A stretch of 64,000 nucleotides of DNA from Alphaproteobacteria bacterium. GTDB lineage: Bacteria > Pseudomonadota > Alphaproteobacteria > CALKHQ01. The translations under genes and the position numbers were made by a program. Numbering within the stretch: position 1 is the stretch's first letter; each line of letters starts with the position of its first letter. Below the pieces are notes generated by a model. The model was not told where the DNA came from, searched no databases, and worked only from the letters and a program-made list of their open reading frames with translations. This document shows, one piece after another, positions 27,126 through 36,920 of this stretch. Location: assembly GCA_965227515.1 (NCBI GenBank), contig CBDDFZ010000001.1, positions 320,001 through 384,000 of the forward strand, given 5' to 3'.

Positions 27126-28436
27126 ATGACCGCAAGCCCGATCACCTATCTGCTCTGGAACGACCTCGTCGGCGTCACCCGCACCCGCGGCGTGCCGTCC
27201 GACAGCCTCGACAAGCGGCTGGAGGCCGGCCTCGGCTGGGCCTGCGCCGGCCAGGCGCTGACCCCGTTCGAGGACATCGTCGACAACCCCTGGGGGCCGA
27301 TGGACGAGGCGCGGCAGGTCCCCGACCCCGCCACACGCTTCACCATTCCCGGCGACGAGACGACGCCGCCGATCGACGCGGTGATCTGCGATTCCAGGAT
27401 GGGGCCGGACGAGGATTGGGACTGCTGTACGCGTACGTTCCTGCGCAAGGCGCTGGATGACTTGCACGCGCAGACCGGGCTGAGCCTCAACGCCTGCTTC
27501 GAGCATGAGTTCCTGATCGAAGGCGAAGGGTTCGCGGCCGCGACCCCATTCTCGTTCGCCGCCGCGCGCCAGGCGCACGGCCTGCTCGCCGACATCCAGG
27601 CGGCGTTGATTGCCGCCGGCATCGGTGTCGAGGCGATCGAGCCCGAATACGGCACCGGACAGTATGAGATCAGCACCGCACCGCGCGCGGGCTTGAAGGC
27701 CGCCGACGACGCCCTGGTCGCGCGCGAGGTGATCCGCGAGATCGTGCGCCGGCGCGGCTTGCGGGCGACGTTCACGCCGAAGCCCGGGCCGGAGATGGTC
27801 GGCAACGGCGCGCATGTCCACATCAGCCTGGCCGACAGCGACGGCACCAACACGATCTACGAGCCGAACAGTACGTTTGGCCTGTCGGAAACCGCGCGGC
27901 ACTTTTCCGCCGGCATCCTGCGCCATGTCGATGCGCTGGTCGCATTCACCGCCGCGGCCCCGGTGTCGTACTACCGCCTGGGGCCGCACCATTGGAGCTG
28001 CGGCTTCCGTGCCATGGGCGTGCAGAACCGGGAGGCGGCGATCCGCGTCATCCACGGCACCGCGCGCGATCCCGCCGCCATTGCCGCGGGCACCAACCTG
28101 GAATACCGCCCCATCGACGCGGTCGCGTCGCCCTATCTGGCGCTCGGCGTGCTGGTCCGCGCCGGGCTGGACGGCATCGCCCGCGGCAAGGAGCCGCCCA
28201 AGCCTGCGACCATGGACCCGGCGGAGATGAGTGCGGCCGCCGCCAAGCGCGCCGGCGTGGTGCCGCTGCCGTCGTCCCTGGGCGACGCGCTCGACGCCCT
28301 GGAGAAGAACCGCACCGTGCGCTCGTGGTTCTCAAAGCCGATGCTGGAGACCTACATCGCGCTGAAGCGCTGGGAGATTGCGGCCGCCGAGGACCCCGCC
28401 GCGGACATGTTCCAGCGCTACCGCGACGCGTACTAG
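27126..28436 (+). CDS. Glutamine synthetase-like gamma-glutamyl ligase (FluG C-domain-like)
   Basis: EHEF, EYGTGQYE, PKP...GNGAHVH, SYYRL, NREAAIR, EYRPIDA..SPYLA. Confidence 0.88.
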   Translation: MTASPITYLLWNDLVGVTRTRGVPSDSLDKRLEAGLGWACAGQALTPFEDIVDNPWGPMDEARQVPDPATRFTIPGDETTPPIDAVICDSRMGPDEDWDCCTRTFLRKALDDLHAQTGLSLNACFEHEFLIEGEGFAAATPFSFAAARQAHGLLADIQAALIAAGIGVEAIEPEYGTGQYEISTAPRAGLKAADDALVAREVIREIVRRRGLRATFTPKPGPEMVGNGAHVHISLADSDGTNTIYEPNSTFGLSETARHFSAGILRHVDALVAFTAAAPVSYYRLGPHHWSCGFRAMGVQNREAAIRVIHGTARDPAAIAAGTNLEYRPIDAVASPYLALGVLVRAGLDGIARGKEPPKPATMDPAEMSAAAAKRAGVVPLPSSLGDALDALEKNRTVRSWFSKPMLETYIALKRWEIAAAEDPAADMFQRYRDAY

Positions 28437-28443
28437 TTCTGCC

Positions 28444-29583
28444 ATGCCGATCACCGCACCCACCGACTACATCGACCACCACTGCCATGGCGTGGTGCCG
28501 CACGACCTGGACCGCGCCGGGTTCGAGGCGCTGTTCTCCGAGGCGCACCGGCCGGGCAGCGGCGGGCTGCTGAGCCAGTTCGACAAGCCGCTGGGCCTGA
28601 TGATCCGTCGGTTCTGCGCGCCGGTGCTGGACCTGGAGCCCCATGCGGACCCTGACGCCTATATCGCCCGCCGCCGGGAACTGGGCGTCGCGGAGGTGAA
28701 CCGCCGGCTGGTCGGCGGAGCGGCCATGGCGGCCCTGCTGGTCGATACCGGCCACCGTTCCGATGCGATCCTGGATTGTCCGGCGATGGCCGAGGCGGCC
28801 GGCGCGCCGGCTCTGGAGGTGGTGCGCATCGAGGCGGTGATGGAGGAGGTGGCGCGCGGCGGTCCGGACGCCGCCAGTGCGCTCGACCGCTTCGCCGACC
28901 TGCTGGCCGAGCGATCCGCCGATGCGGTGGGCCTGAAGTCGATCATCGCCTATCGCGCCAGCTTCGATGTCGACCCCAGCCGGCCGCCACGGGCCGCGGC
29001 CGATGCCGCGGTCGGACGCTGGCTGGCGGCCATCCAGACCGACGGCTGGTCGCGGCTGGAGGACCCGGTGCTGCTGCGCCATTGCCTGTGGGTCGGGCTC
29101 GACCTCTGCGCCGAGCGCCGGATGCCGCTGCAACTCCATGTCGGGTTCGGCGACCGCGACATCATCATGCACCGCTGCGACCCGACCGTGTTCACCCGCT
29201 TCCTGGAGGCGGCGGAAGGCCGCGACGTGCCGGTCACCCTGCTGCACAACTACCCGTTCCAGCGCGAGGCCGGCTGGCTCGCCGAGGTGTTCTCCAACGT
29301 CTATTACGACGTCGGCGCGGTGCTGAACTACACCGGGGCCATGGCCCACAGGGTGCTGGCCGACGCGCTGGAGATGGGGCCGTTCACTAAGCAGCTCTAT
29401 AGTTCCGATGCCTTCGGCCTGCCGGAGCTGCACTATCTGGGCCGGGTCCAGTTCGAGCGCGCGCTCACCCGGATCATGGACGAATGGATCGCGGCCGGCG
29501 ACTGCACCGCGGCCGATGCCGAGCGCATCGCCGCGATGATCGCCGGCGGCAATGCCCGGCGGATCTATCGGTTGGCTAGCTGA
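28444..29583 (+). CDS. Amidohydrolase (FluG N-domain-like)
   Basis: IDHHCH, LKSIIAYR, LQLHVGFGD, LLHNYPF, YSSDAFGLPE. Confidence 0.85.
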   Translation: MPITAPTDYIDHHCHGVVPHDLDRAGFEALFSEAHRPGSGGLLSQFDKPLGLMIRRFCAPVLDLEPHADPDAYIARRRELGVAEVNRRLVGGAAMAALLVDTGHRSDAILDCPAMAEAAGAPALEVVRIEAVMEEVARGGPDAASALDRFADLLAERSADAVGLKSIIAYRASFDVDPSRPPRAAADAAVGRWLAAIQTDGWSRLEDPVLLRHCLWVGLDLCAERRMPLQLHVGFGDRDIIMHRCDPTVFTRFLEAAEGRDVPVTLLHNYPFQREAGWLAEVFSNVYYDVGAVLNYTGAMAHRVLADALEMGPFTKQLYSSDAFGLPELHYLGRVQFERALTRIMDEWIAAGDCTAADAERIAAMIAGGNARRIYRLAS

Positions 29584-29598
29584 ATCCGACAGCCTCCT

Positions 29599-29636
29599 TT
29601 GACATCCCCTTGACATCTGTCGCCTGAAAGGCGACA
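29599..29636 (+). promoter_or_regulatory. higBA promoter/operator
   Basis: TTGACATC x2 and palindrome TGTCGCCT-GAA-AGGCGACA immediately before higB. Confidence 0.65.
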
Positions 29637-29643
29637 TCCACGC

Positions 29644-29928
29644 ATGCGCATAAGGACCATCAGCCACAAGGGCCTGCGCCGCCTGGTGGAGAATGACGAC
29701 CCGCGCGAAATACGTCGCGATCTGGAAGGCAGGGTCAGGCGCGTGGTGACCGCTTTGGTCCTGGCGCACGACATGGCGAGCATTATGGCGCCACCCGGCT
29801 GGCGCCTGCACCAATTGACGGGCGACCGCGCCGGCACATGGAGTATCAGCGTGTCCGGCAACTGGCGCATCACCTTCCGGATCGAGGAAGGCGAAATCGC
29901 CGGTCTGAACCTGGAGGACTATCACTGA
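29644..29928 (+). CDS. higB: HigB (RelE/ParE family) toxin
   Basis: HKGLRRL, PGWRLHQLTGDRAGTWSISVSGNWRITF, LEDYH. Confidence 0.92.
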   Translation: MRIRTISHKGLRRLVENDDPREIRRDLEGRVRRVVTALVLAHDMASIMAPPGWRLHQLTGDRAGTWSISVSGNWRITFRIEEGEIAGLNLEDYH

Positions 29929-30239
29929 TGAGCGACACGCCGGTCACCATCGGCATGACACCCTGCCATCCCGGCGAGTTCATTCGCGCCGAGGTGCTCG
30001 ACGAATTGCACCTGTCGGTGACCAAGGCAGCACAGCTGCTGGGCGTAGGGCGTCAGGCGCTGTCCGACCTGGTCAATGGCAACCATCGCCTGACGCCGGA
30101 GATGGCGCTTCGGCTGGAGAAGGCCTTCGGACTCGACATGGATACGATGCTGCGCATGCAGGCGTGGTGGGACGCATGCGCCATGCGCGAGCGTGCCGAC
30201 ACCGTCGACGTTCGCCCCTACATGCCTGCAGCGTCGTAA
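29928..30239 (+). CDS. higA: HigA antitoxin (HTH-XRE)
   Basis: HPGEFI, LTPEMALRLEKAFG; TGATG coupling. Confidence 0.92.
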   Translation: MSDTPVTIGMTPCHPGEFIRAEVLDELHLSVTKAAQLLGVGRQALSDLVNGNHRLTPEMALRLEKAFGLDMDTMLRMQAWWDACAMRERADTVDVRPYMPAAS

Positions 30240-30351
30240 GGGCACGCCAAATCGCCGCGTGCGGGTCGACGCGCTCGGCCGGCATCGCCATATTGGACGC
30301 AATCCCTTCCGGGGTCAGCCAGGACGCCAGAACCGCAATGCCGGAATCGCC

Positions 30352-31515
30352 ATGAACGACACGCCCACGCTCACCACAGCGCGCAACGACGACACCGGTT
30401 TCGGCGCGGCCATCTCCAGTGCGGAGGAAATCGTCGAGGAGGCGCGGCAGGGCCGCATGTTCATCCTGATCGACGATGAGGATCGGGAGAACGAAGGCGA
30501 CCTGATCATTGCCGGCGGCTGCGCCGACGCCGCTGCGATCAATTTCATGGCCAAGTACGGCCGCGGGCTGATCTGCCTGGCGCTGGAGCGCGAGCGGGTC
30601 GAGGCCCTGAAGCTGCCGCTGATGCAGCAGACCAATGCCAGCCGGCTCTCCACCGCCTTCACCGTCTCCATCGAGGCGCGCGACGGCGTGACCACAGGCA
30701 TTTCCGCCGCCGACCGGGCGCGCACAATCGCGGTCGCCATCGACCCGGCGAGCGGGCCCGCCGACATCACCACGCCGGGCCACATCTTCCCTCTGCTGGC
30801 GCGCGACGGGGGCGTGTTGGAGCGCGCCGGCCACACCGAGGCCGCGGTCGACGTCGCACGGATGGCCGGTCAGGGCTCCTCGGCGGTGATCTGCGAGATC
30901 ATGAACGACGACGGCACCATGGCGCGCCTGCCCGACCTGGTGGCGTTCGCGCAGTACCACTCGCTGAAAATCGGCACCATCGCCGACCTGATCGCGTTCC
31001 GGAAGCGCACCGAAAGCCTGGTCGAGCGCGTGTCGGAACAGTCGCTGGACAGCATTCACGGCGGCCATTGGCGCACGCTGATCTACCGCAACCGCATCTC
31101 CGGCGCCGCCCACGTGGCGCTGGTGAAGGGCGAGATCGACCAGGCCACCCCCACCCTGGTGCGGGTGCACGCGCTGAGCGCGCTGCAGGAGGTGCTGGGC
31201 GACACCGCGACCGGGCGCATCGGCGACCTGCAGAACGCCATGCTGATGATCGCGGAAGCCGGACGCGGGGTGGTGGTGCTGATCCGCGACCCCGGCGTCG
31301 ACGACATCGCCGCCCTCGGCAAGACCGACCCGCACGCGCCGAGCACGTCGGAGCTGCGCGACTACGGCATCGGCGCGCAAATCCTGCGCGATATCGGGGT
31401 GCGCGACATGGTGCTGCTGTCGCGCTCGCAGACCACCATCGTCGGCCTGCAGGGCTACGATCTGCAGGTGGTGGAACGGCGCCCGATCCAGGGGCCATAC
31501 GGCGGCGCAGATTAG
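30352..31515 (+). CDS. ribB: 3,4-dihydroxy-2-butanone-4-phosphate synthase with degenerate GTP cyclohydrolase II domain (RibBX-type)
   Basis: DDEDRENEGD, TAFTVSI, RAGHTEA, ICEIMNDDG; C-domain has VRVH and RDYGIGAQIL but no Zn cysteines. Confidence 0.92.
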   Translation: MNDTPTLTTARNDDTGFGAAISSAEEIVEEARQGRMFILIDDEDRENEGDLIIAGGCADAAAINFMAKYGRGLICLALERERVEALKLPLMQQTNASRLSTAFTVSIEARDGVTTGISAADRARTIAVAIDPASGPADITTPGHIFPLLARDGGVLERAGHTEAAVDVARMAGQGSSAVICEIMNDDGTMARLPDLVAFAQYHSLKIGTIADLIAFRKRTESLVERVSEQSLDSIHGGHWRTLIYRNRISGAAHVALVKGEIDQATPTLVRVHALSALQEVLGDTATGRIGDLQNAMLMIAEAGRGVVVLIRDPGVDDIAALGKTDPHAPSTSELRDYGIGAQILRDIGVRDMVLLSRSQTTIVGLQGYDLQVVERRPIQGPYGGAD

Positions 31516-31522
31516 GTCTTAA

Positions 31523-31622
31523 TCAGCTTGCGCTGAAGTCTGCGCCAGCCCTCTCCCCCACCCGGCCTCCCAATCAGGATACTGTCGTGGGTGGCCGGGT
31601 GGGGGAGCGGGCCGGTGCCGAC
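31523..31622 (+). repeat. Hairpin element family C, copy 3 (reference short form)
   Basis: TCAGC-TTGC-GCTGA mini-hairpin plus long stem with loop ATCAGGATACTGTCG. Confidence 0.92.
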
Positions 31623-31676
31623 AAGATCATGATGCTGACATTGTGATTGCGCGCACACGCGCGGGTCCGCAAACGG

Positions 31677-31705
31677 CTTGAAAGCGGCACGGCACCACCC
31701 CATCT
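31677..31705 (+). promoter_or_regulatory. sigma32 (RpoH)-type promoter of dps
   Basis: CTTGAAA-N14-CCCCATCT. Confidence 0.65.
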
Positions 31706-31713
31706 CTTCTTAG

Positions 31714-31730
31714 TCTGGAATAATTCTAAA
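31714..31730. promoter_or_regulatory. Irr-binding iron control element (ICE)
   Basis: TCTGGAATAATTCTAAA, 16/17 match to TTTRGAAYNRTTCYAAA. Confidence 0.7.
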
Positions 31731-31750
31731 CTAGGAAGAGGAGCACCGCC

Positions 31751-32233
31751 GTGTCGACCCCGACCAACGATCTGCCGCAAGACACCCGCAACACCGTTAT
31801 CGGCATCCTGAATGACCGCCTGGCCGATGCGATCGACCTCGGCCGCCACGCCAAGCAGGCGCACTGGAACATCAAGGGCCCGCACTTCATCGCCCTGCAT
31901 GAGCTGTTCGACCAGGTGCACGCCCACGCCAACGACTATGTCGACCTGATCGCCGAGCGTGTGACCACCCTGGGCGGCAAGGCGGAAGGCGACATCGCCA
32001 CCGTGGCGGCGAAGTCCACCCTGCCGAAGTACCCGTCCGACATCGTGGCCGGCAGCGACCACGTCGATGCGCTGTCCGCCTCGCTGGCGACGTTTGCCGC
32101 CCAGGCCCGCGCCGCCATCGACGAGACCGACAATCTGGGCGATGCCGTCAGTGCCGACATCCTGACCGAGGTGACCCGCGGCATCGACACCGACCTGTGG
32201 ATGGTGTCCGCCCATAACCAAGCCACGTCGTAG
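31751..32233 (+). CDS. dps: DNA starvation/stationary phase protection protein Dps
   Basis: KQAHWNIKGPHFIALHELFD, DLIAERV, D.DLWMV. Confidence 0.95.
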   Translation: MSTPTNDLPQDTRNTVIGILNDRLADAIDLGRHAKQAHWNIKGPHFIALHELFDQVHAHANDYVDLIAERVTTLGGKAEGDIATVAAKSTLPKYPSDIVAGSDHVDALSASLATFAAQARAAIDETDNLGDAVSADILTEVTRGIDTDLWMVSAHNQATS

Positions 32234-32255
32234 GTTGGAGAGGGCCGGTGACGAA

Positions 32256-33017
32256 CTACCAGATCGGCACGGTCGACACCGCCACGACGAAGCAGATCCC
32301 GTAGGCGAGCAGGCGATAGCCGCGCTCGCCGCGGGGGTGGCGTTGCACGCGGCCGAACGTCAGCGCGCCGGCCAGCACGCCAATCGCGAACATCGGCATC
32401 GCCATCAGGCCCAGACGCACCGGCTCGGCCGCCCACAGGTCGTTGATCCAGAAGCCGACAACCGACCACACGGTGGTCAGGCCGAAATAGACGATGGTGT
32501 TGGCGCGCACCCGTTGCGCGTCCGACTGGCCGGCGAGCCAGAACAGGATCACCGGCGGCCCGCTGACGCCAACCAGTCCCCCACTGAAGCCCGAGGCGGC
32601 GCCTACGGCGACGGTTGCCGCCGCGTGCGGCTTGCGGTGATAGCGCCAGCCCGCCGCCAGCGCCACGACCGCGGCCAGGATGAACAGGCTGATGACCCAT
32701 CGCACCAGGGTCGGGTCCAGCGCCGCCAGCAGAAAGAGGCCGATCGGCAGCGTGACCGCGGCGCCGGCGAACAGCGTGCCGACCTCGCGCCAGCTACAGC
32801 GTTTGACCTGGGACGCGAACAACGGGACCGACGCCGCCAGATCGGCCATGAACAGGACCACAATGCCGATGGTCGGCCCATAGACGGCGCTGGCGATCGG
32901 CATCATCACCATCGCAGCACCGAAGCCGGCGAACCCGCGCACCAGCCCAGCCAGCAGCGCGCCGCCGGCGACAACCGCGAAGTTCCAGTCGATCAGCGCC
33001 GCAAACGGCTCAAGCAC
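32256..33017 (-). CDS. TauE/SafE family sulfite exporter-like membrane protein
   Basis: AGLVRGFAGFGAA, GFSGGLVGVSGPP repeats; start uncertain. Confidence 0.85.
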   Translation of the reverse strand: MLEPFAALIDWNFAVVAGGALLAGLVRGFAGFGAAMVMMPIASAVYGPTIGIVVLFMADLAASVPLFASQVKRCSWREVGTLFAGAAVTLPIGLFLLAALDPTLVRWVISLFILAAVVALAAGWRYHRKPHAAATVAVGAASGFSGGLVGVSGPPVILFWLAGQSDAQRVRANTIVYFGLTTVWSVVGFWINDLWAAEPVRLGLMAMPMFAIGVLAGALTFGRVQRHPRGERGYRLLAYGICFVVAVSTVPIW

Positions 33018-33032
33018 AGTCGCAAGGTCTCG

Positions 33033-33115
33033 CTGCGGCGGCGCTCACCCCTCCAGGCCGCCCAACGACACTATGCTTTCCGGGTGGCCGGGAGGGGGAA
33101 AGGGTCGGTGCTGAC
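33033..33115. repeat. Hairpin element family C, copy 4 (degenerate)
   Basis: CCCCTCCAGGCCGCCC-AACGACACTATGCT-...GGGTGGCCGGGAGGGG...GGTCGGTGCTGAC. Confidence 0.8.
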
Positions 33116-33136
33116 TGAACAACAGATGCAGTGCCC

Positions 33137-34942
33137 TTACGCCGCGGCACGGTTGCCGTAGAGCGCCTCCAACTGGTCGCCATAACGCTCGCGCAGAACG
33201 TGGCGGCGCATCTTCAGCGACGGCGTCAGCGTGCCGTCCTCGATATTGAACGGCTCGGTAATGATGGTGATCTGGCGGACGCGCTCGATCGCCGAGAGCT
33301 CCTTGTCGCCGGCGCGCACCGCTTCGGTCACCGCGGCCTTGAACTCGGCATTATTGGCCAGCTCGGCCATGTCACCGGAGGCGCCGTGCTCGGCCGCCCA
33401 GCCCTTCGCCCATTCCGGGTCGGGCACGATCAGCGCCACCAGATAGGGGCGCTTGTCGCCATAGACCATCGCCTGCATGATTTCCGGGCGCAGGCAGATC
33501 ACGCCTTCGACCCGTTGCGGCGAGATGTTGTCGCCGCCGGAATTCACGATGATGTCCTTCTTCCGGTCGGTGATCTGGATGTAGTTGTCCTCGTCCAGAT
33601 GGCCGATGTCGCCGGTGTGGAGCCAGCCGTCCTTCACCGTTTCCGCGGTCAGGTCGGGCAGCCCCCAATAGCCCTGCATTACCAGCTCGCCACGGACCAG
33701 GATCTCGCCGTCCGCGGCGATCCTGACCTCGACCTCCGGCAATGGCGGGCCGACCGTATGCATCTTCACCTTGTTCGGGCGGTTGACGGAGACCACGGGG
33801 CCGGATTCGGTCTGGCCATAGCCCTGCAGCACCCGCACCCCGAGCGCGGTGAAGAAGATGCCGACCTCCGGGTTCAACGGCGCGCCGCCGGAGACGAATG
33901 CCTTCAGGCGGCCGCCGAAGCGCCCCCGCACCTTGTCCCGCACCGCGCTCTCAAGCCGCTTGTCCATGAACCGCTCGACGAAGCTCAGGCTCGACGGGTC
34001 GTGATACTTCTTGGTGCCCAGGTTGAGCGCCATGTGGAACAGCTTGGCCTTCAGGCCGCCGGTCTTCTCGACACCGCGCAGCACGCGGGCGCGCATGGTC
34101 TCGTACAGCCGCGGCACCGCCGTCATGATGGTCGGCTTGGCCTCCACCATGTTGGTCGCCAGCTTGTCGATGCCCTCCGCATAGTAGATCTGCGCGCCGA
34201 TGGAGATCGGGAAATGCAGGCCGGCGGCGTGCTCGTAGGAATGCGACAACGGCAGGAACGACAGGAACACTTCCTCTTCCAGCCCGAATTCGCCCAGCAC
34301 CTCGTTGGCGCCCATCACGTTGCACAGGATCGCGCCATGGCTCAGCACCACGCCCTTCGGCTTACCGCCGGTGCCGGAGGTGTAGATGATGCAGCAGGTG
34401 TCGGTGCGCTTGCCTTCGGCCGCCCAGGCCTCAGCCTGCGCGATATCCGCCGGGGCGGACACCAACTGGTTCCAGTCCAGCAGCTCGATGCCATCGGCGC
34501 CGGCGCTGTCGGCCCCCGCCATGCTGATGACCTTGGTGCACGTGGTGCCGGCCGACGCCTCCACCATCGCCTTGGTCAGCGCGGGCGTGGACGCGATTGC
34601 CAGGATCGCCCCGCTGTCCGTGATCACATGACGGTGATCGTCGATGGTGAAGGTCGTGTAGACCGGGGTCGGCACCGCCCCGATGGTCAGGATCGCCAGG
34701 TCCGAGATCGTCCATTCCGGCCGGTTCTCTGAGGCGATGATCACCCGGTCGCCCTTTCTCACCCCCGCCTGCTTCAGGGCGGCGGCCAATGCCGACACCT
34801 GCTGCAGCGTCTGCGACCATGTGACCGGGCTGTACTTCCCGTTGGTCTTGAACCACATGAAGGGGGCGTCGCCGGCGATTTTCGCGCGGCCAAAGAACAT
34901 GCTGGCAAGGTTGTCGAGCGCCTTGTAGTCGCTGATCTGCAT
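33137..34942 (-). CDS. fadD: Long-chain fatty acid-CoA ligase
   Basis: YTSGTGGKPKG, FLPLSH, QGYGQTE, LHTGDIG, DRKKD. Confidence 0.92.
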   Translation of the reverse strand: MQISDYKALDNLASMFFGRAKIAGDAPFMWFKTNGKYSPVTWSQTLQQVSALAAALKQAGVRKGDRVIIASENRPEWTISDLAILTIGAVPTPVYTTFTIDDHRHVITDSGAILAIASTPALTKAMVEASAGTTCTKVISMAGADSAGADGIELLDWNQLVSAPADIAQAEAWAAEGKRTDTCCIIYTSGTGGKPKGVVLSHGAILCNVMGANEVLGEFGLEEEVFLSFLPLSHSYEHAAGLHFPISIGAQIYYAEGIDKLATNMVEAKPTIMTAVPRLYETMRARVLRGVEKTGGLKAKLFHMALNLGTKKYHDPSSLSFVERFMDKRLESAVRDKVRGRFGGRLKAFVSGGAPLNPEVGIFFTALGVRVLQGYGQTESGPVVSVNRPNKVKMHTVGPPLPEVEVRIAADGEILVRGELVMQGYWGLPDLTAETVKDGWLHTGDIGHLDEDNYIQITDRKKDIIVNSGGDNISPQRVEGVICLRPEIMQAMVYGDKRPYLVALIVPDPEWAKGWAAEHGASGDMAELANNAEFKAAVTEAVRAGDKELSAIERVRQITIITEPFNIEDGTLTPSLKMRRHVLRERYGDQLEALYGNRAAA

Positions 34943-35097
34943 GCCGCAATTCTCCCTGATTCGTCTTGTTGTTATAAGCCACGACGAAAGCCACGGCGAT
35001 GGCGCGGTGCCGGTGGCGTTGTTAGTGGGTCGCCCGCGCCGGCGCCGTCGACGCAGGGCAACCATGAAAGGATGACAATATGTGGGCAAGCGCACGA

Positions 35098-36915
35098 ATG
35101 GAAAGGTCCCAGGCCGAAACCGTCACCGACAATGAGCAGGCCGCCGCGATAGGCGCCCTGCCGGAATGGGACCTGAGTGCGCTCTACAACAGCATCGACG
35201 CGCCGGAGATCGAGGCGACGCTGGGCCGCGCCGATACCGACGCCGCGCAATTCGCCGCCGATTTCGAGGGCAAACTCGCGACGCTGGACGGCGCGGCGCT
35301 GGGTGCCGCGGTGGCGCGCTACGAGGCCATCGACGAGGCGCTGACCAGGGTCATGAGTTATGCCGACCTGGTCTCCAGCCTGGATGCGCTGGACCCGGCG
35401 GTGGCCAAGTTCGCCCAGACCATGCGCGAGCGGCTGAACGACATCTCCAAGAAGACGCTGTTCTTCGCGCTTGAGATCAACCGGCTGGACGACGACCACA
35501 TCGCGGCCTGCCTGGAGGCGCCGGAGCTGGCCCACTACAGCGCCTGGCTGGACACGGTGCGCGCCTTTCGCCCGCATCAGCTCAGCGACGAGCTGGAGCG
35601 CCTGTTGCACGACAAGTACGTGGCCGGCAAGGCCGCCTGGGTGCGCCTGTTCGAGGAGACCATCGCCGCGCTCAAATTCCCCATCGACGGCAAGGACCTG
35701 AGCTCGTCGGAGGCATTGCACCGGCTGTCGTCGGCCGACCCCAAGGTGCGCGAGACCGCCGCCCATGTGATCGGCAAGGTGCTGAACGACAACATCCGTC
35801 TGTTCGCCCTGATCACCAACACACTGGCCAAGGACAAGCAGATCGAGGACGAGTGGCGCAGCTTCGCCCGCCCGATGTCCAGCCGCAATCTGGCCAACCA
35901 GGTCGAGGACGAGGTGGTCGACGCCCTGGTGTCGGCGGTGCGTGACGCCTATCCCCGCATTTCCCACCGCTATTACGGCATGAAGGCGAAGTGGTTCGGC
36001 GTCGACGCGCTGAACTATTGGGACCGCAACGCGCCGCTGCCGGACGAGGCGGAGCGCACCATCCCCTGGGCCGAGGCCAAGCGCACGGTGCTGGACGCCT
36101 ATGGCGGCTTTGCGGGCCCGATGGCCGACATTGCCAACGAGTTCTTCGAGAAGAACTGGATCGATGCGCCGGTCAAGGCCGGCAAGTCGCCCGGCGCATT
36201 CGCCCACCCGACCGTACCGTCGGCGCACCCGTTCGTACTGTTGAACTACCAGGGCAAGACCAACGACGTTATGACGCTGGCCCACGAGCTGGGCCACGGC
36301 GTGCACCAGGTGCTGGCGGCGCGCCAGGGCCATTTCCGCAGCCAGACCCCGCTGACCCTGGCCGAGACCGCCAGCGTGTTCGGCGAAATGCTGACCTTCC
36401 GCGCCATGTTGGACGCCGAAAGCGACCCGAAGCTGCGGCGCAACATGCTGGCGGGCAAGGTGGAGGACATGATCAACACCGTCGTGCGCCAGATCGCGTT
36501 CTACGAGTTCGAGCGCCATGTCCATGAGGAACGGCGCGCGGGCGAGCTGACCTCCGAACGGCTGGGCGAGATCTGGTTCAAGGTGCAGCGCGAGAGCCTG
36601 GGCCCGGCGATCAAGCTGGGCGACGACTATGCGACCTACTGGTCCTACATCCCGCACTTCATCCACACGCCGTTCTATGTGTACGCGTACGCATTCGGCG
36701 ACTGCCTGGTGAATTCGCTCTACGCGGTCTACCAGAACGCCGATGCCGGCTTTGCCGACAAGTATCTGGAGATGCTGGCCGCCGGCGGCACCAAGCGGCA
36801 CAAGGAGCTGCTGGCGCCGTTCGGGCTCGATGCGTCGGACCCCAGCTTCTGGTCGAAGGGCCTCGGCGTCATCGAAGGGCTGATCGAAGAGCTCGCCGCC
36901 ATGGACGACGCCTGA
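35098..36915 (+). CDS. pepF: M3B oligoendopeptidase F
   Basis: PEWDLSALY, TLAHELGH (HExxH), LAETASVFGE, FYVYAYAFG; start uncertain. Confidence 0.92.
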   Translation: MERSQAETVTDNEQAAAIGALPEWDLSALYNSIDAPEIEATLGRADTDAAQFAADFEGKLATLDGAALGAAVARYEAIDEALTRVMSYADLVSSLDALDPAVAKFAQTMRERLNDISKKTLFFALEINRLDDDHIAACLEAPELAHYSAWLDTVRAFRPHQLSDELERLLHDKYVAGKAAWVRLFEETIAALKFPIDGKDLSSSEALHRLSSADPKVRETAAHVIGKVLNDNIRLFALITNTLAKDKQIEDEWRSFARPMSSRNLANQVEDEVVDALVSAVRDAYPRISHRYYGMKAKWFGVDALNYWDRNAPLPDEAERTIPWAEAKRTVLDAYGGFAGPMADIANEFFEKNWIDAPVKAGKSPGAFAHPTVPSAHPFVLLNYQGKTNDVMTLAHELGHGVHQVLAARQGHFRSQTPLTLAETASVFGEMLTFRAMLDAESDPKLRRNMLAGKVEDMINTVVRQIAFYEFERHVHEERRAGELTSERLGEIWFKVQRESLGPAIKLGDDYATYWSYIPHFIHTPFYVYAYAFGDCLVNSLYAVYQNADAGFADKYLEMLAAGGTKRHKELLAPFGLDASDPSFWSKGLGVIEGLIEELAAMDDA

Positions 36916-36920
36916 CCGCC

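Noticed and set aside
27126-28436. GmaS or GlnA assignment for the GS-like gene given tdm in the window
   Set aside because: No mgs/mgd neighbours; linkage to a FluG-type amidohydrolase points to another subfamily
30240-30351. FMN riboswitch upstream of ribB
   Set aside because: No conserved FMN aptamer motifs visible
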